Shown here piece by piece: positions 24,949 to 31,309 of a DNA stretch of 58,597 bases (position 1 is its first letter; each line of letters starts with the position of its first letter). The DNA lies in assembly GCA_017613535.1 (NCBI GenBank), contig JAGADO010000023.1, forward strand, positions 1 to 58,597, given 5' to 3'. Source of the stretch: Clostridia bacterium. Its GTDB lineage: Bacteria; Bacillota; Clostridia; UBA1212; UBA1255. A program made the translations under genes and the position numbers. Below the pieces are notes generated by a model. The model worked only from the letters and a program-made list of their open reading frames with translations. It did no database searches and was not told the origin of the DNA.

Positions 24949-26157
24949 ATGTCGTTCTACGCGGGGCGAAAGTCTATCAGAAAAGTGCCGGGTGCCGTTA
25001 TTAAAGCCGCGCCTCTGCCCAAACCGCAGATCACGGAAGGATTCGGTGCCAGGGAAAACGTTGGAAAAATATGCAAAGAAGCAGGATACGGTTCGGCGCT
25101 GCTTGTCACGGATCAGACGCTGTTCGGGCTGGGACTTCACCAGAAAGTGGCGGATTCGCTGGAAGAATGCGGTATACCGTACACGATATTCCACGAAATT
25201 GACTCCGAGCCGACCGTCGATATAGTGGAAGCGGGGCGGAAAGCCGCGGTAGACTGCGGGGCGGATTGCATTGTCGCGCTCGGAGGAGGGTCGGTACTCG
25301 ACAGCAGCAAGATAATTGCCGCCTCAGCGAAACATCCGCACATTGCCGTAAAGCATTTTTTACATAAATTCGCGCTCGTCAACGGCGGCACGCTTCCCAT
25401 GATAAACGTTCCCAGCACGGCAGGAACGGGGGCGGAATGCACCGTGGGCGCAGTCGTGAAAAACTCGCGCGGAGTGAAAAATTCGACTGTAATAATAGGG
25501 CTCGAAGTGCCGCACGTCATACTTGACAGCGAGCTGATCGTAAATGCCCCAAAAAGCGTCACTGTATGGTGCGCGATCGACGCTCTGAGCCACGGTCTCG
25601 AAGGACTTTTAGCGGACGTCAGCTCGAAGAAAGAAGACATTTTTAAAAGCCGCGAGTGCGTGCGGCTCGTATTCGAAAATCTGCCGATCCTGCTGGAAGA
25701 TCCGCATGATACTGACGCAAGGCAGGCTACGCTGCTCGCCGCGCACTACGGCGGAAACGCGATCAATACACAGCTGGCGGGTTATGTGCACGCTTTTGCT
25801 CACTCGATCGGAGCGCTGTACCACATTCCTCACGGGAAAGCGATTGCGTGGTGCCTCGTGCCGATAGTTGAAGCGCAGGAAAATCTGAGATATAAACAGC
25901 TTGCCGAACTCGCGGTGCACTGCCGCATCGCAGAAGCCGGGGACGAAGAAACAGCCGCCGCGGATAAACTGATCTGCGCGCTGAAAGAACTGCTTGACCG
26001 GTGCGGACTTGAAAAAGGATGTCCGCCGATACGGCAGAGCGATTATAAAAAGCTTACGCGCATGATCGATGCTGATTCGATAAACTACTCCCCTTCCAGG
26101 ACGTTTACGGACAACGAAGTCAGGATGCTGCTCGATCAGATCAGGAGAGGATACTGA
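24949..26157 (+). CDS. Iron-containing (group III) alcohol dehydrogenase
   Basis: 402-aa ORF with the GGGSVLDSSK motif and His-rich metal-site region (…HAFAHSIGALYHIPHG…). GGAGGGA RBS upstream. Confidence 0.85.
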   Translation: MSFYAGRKSIRKVPGAVIKAAPLPKPQITEGFGARENVGKICKEAGYGSALLVTDQTLFGLGLHQKVADSLEECGIPYTIFHEIDSEPTVDIVEAGRKAAVDCGADCIVALGGGSVLDSSKIIAASAKHPHIAVKHFLHKFALVNGGTLPMINVPSTAGTGAECTVGAVVKNSRGVKNSTVIIGLEVPHVILDSELIVNAPKSVTVWCAIDALSHGLEGLLADVSSKKEDIFKSRECVRLVFENLPILLEDPHDTDARQATLLAAHYGGNAINTQLAGYVHAFAHSIGALYHIPHGKAIAWCLVPIVEAQENLRYKQLAELAVHCRIAEAGDEETAAADKLICALKELLDRCGLEKGCPPIRQSDYKKLTRMIDADSINYSPSRTFTDNEVRMLLDQIRRGY

Positions 26158-26158
26158 A

Positions 26159-27577
26159 ATGATGCATACTCAGGAATCGATACACGAAACAGTAGTGAAA
26201 CAGCGGAACTTCTTCCGCACCGGAACGACGCTTGACGTAAAATGGAGGATCGCGCAGCTCAGAACGCTGAAGCAGGCGGTTTTGGCGAACAAGGAGGCTC
26301 TTCAGGAAGCGCTGTACGAGGACCTTGGAAAGAGCCCCGCCGAAGCGTATTTGTGCGACATCGGCCCGGTGATCGTTGAGGTCAATGAGATCCTTCGCGG
26401 CATCAGGCGGTGGGCAAGGCCGGAGCGTCATTTCAGCGGTCTTATGTGCTTTCCCAGCACTCAGACGCGTGTCTACAAAATGCCTTACGGCGTGTCGCTC
26501 ATCATCAGCCCGTTCAACTTCCCTGTGCTGCTGACTCTGGGCGTGCTGGCGGCAAGCATTTCGGGCGGTAATACGGCGGTCATTAAGGCGAGTTCAAAAT
26601 CCGCGGCGAGCACGCGTGTGCTGAAAAAAATGATAGCCGAAACATTCCCTGAAGAATATGTGACGGTGATCGACGGCGGTCACGATGCCGCGGATATGTG
26701 TCTTTCGGAAAGGTTCGATAAAATATTCTACACCGGCTCGCCTGCCGTGGCAAAGCACGTGCTTTCGGAGGCTGCCGGGAACCTCACATCCGTGGCGCTC
26801 GAACTGGGCGGAGAGACGGGCAACTGGTGCATCGTGCGAAAAGATGCGGATATTAAGGACGCGGCCCGGAAGATCGCTTTTTTCAAGCTCTGCAATGCAG
26901 GTCAGATATGCATAAACATCAATCAGATCGCCGTTGCCGAAGAGGTCGCGGACGATCTCATCAGGGAACTGAAGGCGGAGTTTGTGAGGCAGATCGGCGA
27001 AGATCCGGCGAACGATCCCGAATACCCGAAACTCATCACCGGATCGGTTTACGATAAATGCGAGAGGCTGACAAAAGTGTATGCTGACCGCGTCGTGTTC
27101 GGCGGCAGCGGGAACCGCGAATCGTGCCGTTTTTCGCCGACAATGATCTACCCCGTCGGGATCGACGAAGATATTGTCCGGCACGAACTGTTCTGCCCGC
27201 TCCTGCCAATTGTCCCCTTTAAAGATACAGAAATTGACAGCGTAATGGACACGATCGCAGATCGCGAACACCCGCTGTCAATGTACGTTTTTACGTCTGA
27301 TATGAAGTGGGCCTGGAGGGTGATGTCCACGCAGCAGTACGGCGGCGGGTGCATCAACGAGGTCTGCCTTCATATGATGGTCAAGGGCGTGCCTTTCAAC
27401 GGCACCGGTCATTCGGGAATGGGTGCGTACCACGGCGAATGGGGTTTCAGGGAGTTCACTCACCCGACGACTGTGCTGAAGGGCAAGACACATCTGAACC
27501 TGCCTCTGCGCGAGCATCCTTATTCAGGAAAAGCCGGCGAGACGAAGATGAAGCTGCTGAAGCTGTTTGAAAGATAA
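26159..27577 (+). CDS. NAD(P)+-dependent aldehyde dehydrogenase (class 3-like)
   Basis: 472-aa ORF with ELGGETG and the catalytic-Cys region FKLCNAGQICI. It starts 1 nt after the ADH stop. Confidence 0.85.
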   Translation: MMHTQESIHETVVKQRNFFRTGTTLDVKWRIAQLRTLKQAVLANKEALQEALYEDLGKSPAEAYLCDIGPVIVEVNEILRGIRRWARPERHFSGLMCFPSTQTRVYKMPYGVSLIISPFNFPVLLTLGVLAASISGGNTAVIKASSKSAASTRVLKKMIAETFPEEYVTVIDGGHDAADMCLSERFDKIFYTGSPAVAKHVLSEAAGNLTSVALELGGETGNWCIVRKDADIKDAARKIAFFKLCNAGQICININQIAVAEEVADDLIRELKAEFVRQIGEDPANDPEYPKLITGSVYDKCERLTKVYADRVVFGGSGNRESCRFSPTMIYPVGIDEDIVRHELFCPLLPIVPFKDTEIDSVMDTIADREHPLSMYVFTSDMKWAWRVMSTQQYGGGCINEVCLHMMVKGVPFNGTGHSGMGAYHGEWGFREFTHPTTVLKGKTHLNLPLREHPYSGKAGETKMKLLKLFER

Positions 27578-27589
27578 CGCTTCGCCTTA

Positions 27590-28672
27590 TTACATCGAAC
27601 CGGGATATGTCACCCGGGCGTTTTCGTAATTGGTGAACGCGTCGTGGAGCCTGACTTTGTATTTGTGAATGATCACGCCGTTCAGGATCAGGTGTACGCC
27701 CATGAGCATCAGGGCAGCGGATTGAAACACAAGGGAGTAAAGAACAGGTCCCGTTGCATGCATCCAGGCGTTATCAGTGAACACAAGAGTCAACACTTTT
27801 ACTCTCAGATCATAATCATAGCAGAATAACAGAAGAGCGATTCCTACGATGATCAGCAAGCCGCCAATGACAAAGCATCTTATAAAAGGAGGCTTTACAC
27901 GAATATCATATTTGTAGTCGGTGTACGCTTTCGTTATCATATGATAATATCTTTTTACTCTTCCGTACGTGCCGCTGACCATCGTGAACGCTACGATCCA
28001 GGCAGCAAGTCCGGCACCGTATGCTCCAAATATCAGCAGCAAAGTTCCCCACATACTTGATACGACTGACTGTCCGAACTCCGCGCCTCCTTTATCACCC
28101 AGGAGAGAAGACATTCCAATATTAAAATCCCATAACGCCGTTCCTGCTGAAGCGAGTATAAGAATAAGAACGAAAGCCAGCACAATAAACGCAGTTCCAG
28201 CCGCCATCATTATGATCAGCAATACGCGTCTGACCGTTATAAACGGCCGCTGCGAATAGAATGCATTTATATTTTTCGTTGCAGGGAATGCGAGCGCTTT
28301 TATCGAAGCAATCGCAGACACGAGCGAAAATGCAAAATAGAGTACGTTTCTGATAAGCTGCATAAACACTTCAGCAGAGTAGATCTTCTGACTGATCGCA
28401 ACCACATCGTAAAACACAGCCGTAAGCGTTGCCGCAGCGATCGAAAAAAGAGTTATTATGATAAGGATCATTGCCGGACCGATATACGACTTTTCGATCG
28501 TCTGCCTGACGTTAAAACCGAGTGCAGCATCTGAGTATGTTGGGGCAACAACTACCTGTACTGGCTGCTGCTGGGGTGCCGGTACGATCGGTGCCTGAGA
28601 AACACGTGCACCGCAATTTGTACAGAAATTTGAATTATCCCGGAGCTCATTGCCGCAATAAGAACATTTCAT
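27590..28672 (-). CDS. Zinc-ribbon domain membrane protein (polytopic), paralog A
   Basis: ORF 27590-28693 (TTG start). The ATG at 28672 gives MKCSYCGNELRDNSNFCTNCGARV (CxxC-N10-CxxC), followed by about 8 hydrophobic helices. Confidence 0.7.
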   Translation of the reverse strand: MKCSYCGNELRDNSNFCTNCGARVSQAPIVPAPQQQPVQVVVAPTYSDAALGFNVRQTIEKSYIGPAMILIIITLFSIAAATLTAVFYDVVAISQKIYSAEVFMQLIRNVLYFAFSLVSAIASIKALAFPATKNINAFYSQRPFITVRRVLLIIMMAAGTAFIVLAFVLILILASAGTALWDFNIGMSSLLGDKGGAEFGQSVVSSMWGTLLLIFGAYGAGLAAWIVAFTMVSGTYGRVKRYYHMITKAYTDYKYDIRVKPPFIRCFVIGGLLIIVGIALLLFCYDYDLRVKVLTLVFTDNAWMHATGPVLYSLVFQSAALMLMGVHLILNGVIIHKYKVRLHDAFTNYENARVTYPGSM

Positions 28673-28702
28673 GAGTATTATCACTCCTTTCAAGTCGGCA
28701 AT

Positions 28703-28731
28703 AATTTATCACTTTTGACGCATTCTGTCAA
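28703..28731 (-). promoter_or_regulatory. Candidate promoter of paralog A (TTGACA-N17-TAAATT)
   Basis: Reverse strand: TTGACA (28731-28726), 17 nt, TAAATT (28708-28703). The same architecture is duplicated upstream of paralog B. Confidence 0.45.
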
Positions 28732-29642
28732 TTCAGCCGCGTCGCCGCCAAAACACCGTCGTTGAGCCTGACTTCGTATTTGTGAATGATAACGCCATTC
28801 AGGATCAGGTGTACGCCCATCAGCATCAGGGCAATGAGCTGGAACAAAAGCGAGCGCAGAACATTGTCGGCAACAGAAAAATCGATCCCGTTGAATATAT
28901 TCATTGCATAGTAGCGCACCGTCTGGCTGAAGCAGAATGACAGCCCGGCAAGCCCGAGGACGATCAGCAGCGATCCGATGACGAAGCACCTTATAAAGGG
29001 AGGCTTTACACGGGTATCGTGTTTGTTGTCGGTGTATGCTGCGGTTATCATGTGGTAATATTTAGTGATCCTGCCGTACGTTCCGGCGATCATTATGAAT
29101 GAGATTATCCACGCGGTAATAGCCACCACGTATATGCCGATCACGAGCAGAACATACTGCCATGTTCCCACATTCACACCAATCCAGTGCGCATCTTTAT
29201 AAAGGCCGCGGGCAGATGCGCCCGTGCCGACAACAAGCAGGATAACAGCAAAAGAAGCCATCCATACAGTTCCGATTATCATCATTGTTATCAGCAGCAC
29301 GCGTCTTACCGTCATAAACGGCCTCTGTGCATAGAATGCATTTATGTTTTTCGCGGCCGGTAATGCGAGTGCTTTTACCGATGCGATCGCAGATACAAGT
29401 GAGAAGGCACAATGCAGTGCGTTTCGGACAAGCTGCATTATCACTTCGAGCCGGAATGATCCGCCAGCGAGTTCTGCTATGTCATATACTATCGCTGTTA
29501 ATGATGTCGCGGCAATCGCAAAAAGTGTGATGATGATCAGGGTCATTGCCGGACCGGTATATGATTTTTCGACCGTCTGCCTGATATTGAAACAGGGTGA
29601 CGCGTCTTCGCGGAAATCATTTTCGCAATTAATACATTTCAT
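28728..29642 (-). CDS. Polytopic membrane protein, paralog B of the zinc-ribbon protein, with a degenerate N-terminal ribbon
   Basis: 304-aa ORF starting MKCINCENDFREDASPCF. It keeps only the first CxxC and lacks the Gln/Pro linker. The membrane body aligns with paralog A (e.g. KPPFIRCFVIG, MLMGVHLILNGVIIHKY). GGGGAGG RBS upstream. Confidence 0.7.
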   Translation of the reverse strand: MKCINCENDFREDASPCFNIRQTVEKSYTGPAMTLIIITLFAIAATSLTAIVYDIAELAGGSFRLEVIMQLVRNALHCAFSLVSAIASVKALALPAAKNINAFYAQRPFMTVRRVLLITMMIIGTVWMASFAVILLVVGTGASARGLYKDAHWIGVNVGTWQYVLLVIGIYVVAITAWIISFIMIAGTYGRITKYYHMITAAYTDNKHDTRVKPPFIRCFVIGSLLIVLGLAGLSFCFSQTVRYYAMNIFNGIDFSVADNVLRSLLFQLIALMLMGVHLILNGVIIHKYEVRLNDGVLAATRLN

Positions 29643-29672
29643 CGGGCGAACCTCCCCATTTATACTGGCAAC

Positions 29673-29701
29673 AATTTATCATTTTTGGGGCTTTTTGTCA
29701 A
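29673..29701 (-). promoter_or_regulatory. Candidate promoter of paralog B (TTGACA-N17-TAAATT)
   Basis: Reverse strand: TTGACA (29701-29696), 17 nt, TAAATT (29678-29673). Confidence 0.45.
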
Positions 29702-29707
29702 ATCAAG

Positions 29708-29790
29708 CGCTCGGTTCGAATCCCCTTGGTGTTATAAAAAAGCAGCACGTCTGATGACGTGCTGCTTTTTTATGGAGCATAGGGGATTCG
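29708..29790. repeat. 83-bp direct repeat, copy A (identical to 30048-30130)
   Basis: Hand alignment shows 83/83 identity. It contains an inverted T-arm fragment GGTTCGAATCCCCT, the terminator hairpin, and the last 18 nt of tRNA-Ala (TGGAGCATAGGGGATTCG on the plus strand). Confidence 0.9.
29735..29772. terminator. Bidirectional intrinsic-terminator-type hairpin (copy A; orphan)
   Basis: AAAAAA-GCAGCACGTC-tgat-GACGTGCTGC-TTTTTT: a perfect 10-11-bp GC-rich stem and tetraloop, with A-run and T-run flanks. Confidence 0.6.
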
Positions 29791-29925
29791 CCCACCTTTT
29801 ACCTCTTTAATTTCGAATCCCATGCTCTTTTGGGATGGGAGCATAGGGGATTCGCCCACGCTAATTGCGGCTTTTTCCTTTTCTTTTCCTCAATTAGCTT
29901 ACGGGAGCATAGGGGATTCGCCCAC
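29774..29925. repeat. Three direct copies of a 22-25-bp tRNA-Ala-3'-end-derived repeat (GGAGCATAGGGGATTCGCCCAC) separated by unique 42-44-bp hairpin-containing spacers
   Basis: Copies lie at 29774-29795, 29838-29859 and 29904-25. All share the non-tRNA continuation CCCAC. Spacer 1 holds an inverted copy of the same tRNA end (29814-29827 pairs with 29839-29854). Spacer 2 has GCTAATTG...CAATTAGC. After copy 3 comes GCAAAATCTT...AAGATTTTGC. Confidence 0.9.
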
Positions 29926-30047
29926 GCAAAATCTTTGCAGTAATTTTATAAGATTTTGCTTAAAGGGCCCTCCTCGCTGAAACAAGCCACCGGCTTGTTT
30001 CTACGCACTTATTACTTTTCGTCTTATAATGCTTTTTGTGCTGCTAC

Positions 30048-30130
30048 CGCTCGGTTCGAATCCCCTTGGTGTTATAAAAAAGCAGCACGTCTGATGACGT
30101 GCTGCTTTTTTATGGAGCATAGGGGATTCG
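30048..30130. repeat. 83-bp direct repeat, copy B (overlaps the 3' end of the intact tRNA-Ala gene)
   Basis: Identical to 29708-29790. After position 30130 it continues into the genuine tRNA T-arm (AACCCC...), where copy A continues CCCAC. Confidence 0.9.
30075..30112 (-). terminator. Intrinsic terminator immediately downstream of tRNA-Ala (copy B of the hairpin)
   Basis: Same perfect hairpin as 29735-29772. On the minus strand it starts 2 nt after the tRNA 3' end and is followed by a U-run. Confidence 0.7.
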
Positions 30131-30185
30131 AACCCCTGACCCCAACACTGCCAGTGTTGTGCGCTCCCAACTGCGCTAATGCCCC
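30113..30185 (-). tRNA. tRNA-Ala (anticodon GGC)
   Basis: A 73-nt cloverleaf on the reverse strand. Acceptor GGGGCAT/ATGCTCC with the G3:U70 alanine identity pair; D arm GCGC-AGTTGGGA-GCGC; anticodon arm CAACA-CTGGCAG-TGTTG; T arm AGGGG-TTCGAAT-CCCCT; discriminator A. CCA is not encoded. Confidence 0.9.
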
Positions 30186-30196
30186 GTGCGAAGTGC

Positions 30197-30226
30197 ATTT
30201 TACTATTATGCAGACTGCATTGTCAA
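30197..30226 (-). promoter_or_regulatory. Candidate promoter of tRNA-Ala (TTGACA-N18-TAAAAT)
   Basis: Reverse strand: TTGACA (30226-30221), 18 nt, TAAAAT (30202-30197). The -10 ends 11 nt before the mature tRNA 5' end. Confidence 0.55.
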
Positions 30227-30399
30227 GAACTTTTTCGTTGCCCGCGTTGCTGTGGATCTGATTGGATAATGATGCGGCAAATCGTATGGACTATGTCGCG
30301 GACGCTGCCTCCGGGGCTGAAAATGAACGATCCGGCTCACTCCGCGTGCTTCGGCGTCGGAACTTACACACACTTCGGCGGCCATTTAAAAGCGTATTG

Positions 30400-30428
30400 T
30401 TGAAATCCGCACCAATTCGGGATATAAT
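30400..30428 (+). promoter_or_regulatory. Candidate sigma-A promoter (TTGAAA-N17-TATAAT) for the ORF at 30510
   Basis: TTGAAA at 30400-30405, 17-nt spacer, TATAAT at 30423-30428. The leader of about 75 nt ends in an AAGGAG RBS. Confidence 0.55.
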
Positions 30429-30509
30429 GGGAAACAGATCGTGCCGGCAGGTCCGAACAGGCACACTGCGTTACGGCGCGAGCTGATAATTCATTATAAG
30501 GAGCACACT

Positions 30510-31079
30510 ATGGGCAGCATTTCCGAATTCTTCAAAAAATTATTCAAAAGCGGCGCAAAAGAAATACAGAAAGCCGCAAACACAAAAACAATTACACTGA
30601 GCAGCATCACTGTTGACCCCGACGAAGTCACCGAACTCCCCGAATTCGACAGAAAAGACCCGAAAATGGTAGCAGCACTCACGGTCGTTGCCCTCTGCAG
30701 ATACCCGAAGAGCAAAGAGGAATGCTTCGCCATGCTCGATAACCTCAAAGGTCCCGAGCCGCTTACCAACCGCGACAAGGAATTTATCCGCGACCGCTTC
30801 ATGGACGGCAAGGATTACGTCCCGAAGTCCTACTTCGCAGGTGCTACGCCCGAGAACAACTACACTCCGTCGAAGCCTCTCCAGGTCAAGATCGTTGAGC
30901 AGTCCAACAGCTTTGAGAACGACGGCTACGCCCGCTTCTGGATCCCGTCCGGCGGCGCAGATTCGCCCCGCCAGATCACTCTCAGGCAGAAGAAATCAAC
31001 GGGCGAGTGGTTCGTGAACCAGCACGAATTCCTGCTCGCAGGCATCCGCATCCCCGTGTCTCAGGACAAATGGGCGTAA
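30510..31079 (+). CDS. Hypothetical cytoplasmic protein (189 aa), no recognised motif
   Basis: In frame within ORF 30441-31079. The ATG at 30510 is preceded by AAGGAG at -12 to -7. It has its own promoter and a strong terminator. Confidence 0.6.
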   Translation: MGSISEFFKKLFKSGAKEIQKAANTKTITLSSITVDPDEVTELPEFDRKDPKMVAALTVVALCRYPKSKEECFAMLDNLKGPEPLTNRDKEFIRDRFMDGKDYVPKSYFAGATPENNYTPSKPLQVKIVEQSNSFENDGYARFWIPSGGADSPRQITLRQKKSTGEWFVNQHEFLLAGIRIPVSQDKWA

Positions 31080-31141
31080 TGCAGGCAGGACAATACATAA
31101 CAGATCCTGGCTGAAGTAACACAAACACACAGTAAAATAAT

Positions 31142-31176
31142 CCGGGCCCCGGTCGCATGACCGTGGCCCGGTTTTT
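31142..31176. terminator. Bidirectional intrinsic terminator (serves the ORF at 30510-31079 on the plus strand and tRNA-Leu on the minus strand)
   Basis: CCGGGCCCCGGTC-gcat-GACCGTGGCCCGG (12 of 13 pairs), followed by TTTTT on the plus strand and ATTATTTT on the minus strand. Confidence 0.7.
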
Positions 31177-31177
31177 A

Positions 31178-31259
31178 TGCGGATAGCAGGACTTGAACCT
31201 GTATACCTTGCGGCACCGGAACCTAAATCCGGCGTGTCTGCCAGTTCCACCATATCCGC
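31178..31259 (-). tRNA. tRNA-Leu (anticodon TAG)
   Basis: An 82-nt class II tRNA on the reverse strand: acceptor GCGGATA/TATCCGC, anticodon arm CCGGA-TTTAGGT-TCCGG, long variable arm, T loop TTCAAGT, discriminator A. CCA is not encoded. Confidence 0.85.
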
Positions 31260-31309
31260 GTTGCCAGTCCGAAACAACCGAAAGATCACGGCGCTGCGGA
31301 CTGAATTAT

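Noticed and set aside
29711-29733. A plus-strand tRNA gene suggested by GGTTCGAATCC (also at 30051-30073).
   Set aside because: Only the T-loop and 3' T-stem are present. The 5' T-stem does not pair (CTCGG versus CCCCT), and no acceptor, D or anticodon arms can be drawn upstream. It is an inverted fragment of the tRNA-Ala T-arm.
29774-29925. A possible mini-CRISPR array (three identical 22-25-bp repeats with unique 42-44-bp spacers).
   Set aside because: The repeat is a copy of the tRNA-Ala 3' end. It is shorter than typical CRISPR repeats, there are only three copies, the spacers are themselves palindromic, and no cas genes are in the window.
29956-30486. Small ORFs (65-101 aa) overlapping tRNA-Ala and its flanks.
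   Set aside because: They overlap a confident tRNA gene, its promoter and its terminator. They have no RBS or recognisable sequence features.
27590-31259. Calling the tRNA-flanked segment an intact integrative or mobile element or prophage.
   Set aside because: No integrase, excisionase, transposase or phage gene is visible. Only att-like repeat scars and a duplicated membrane-protein gene are present, so I report scars, not an element.
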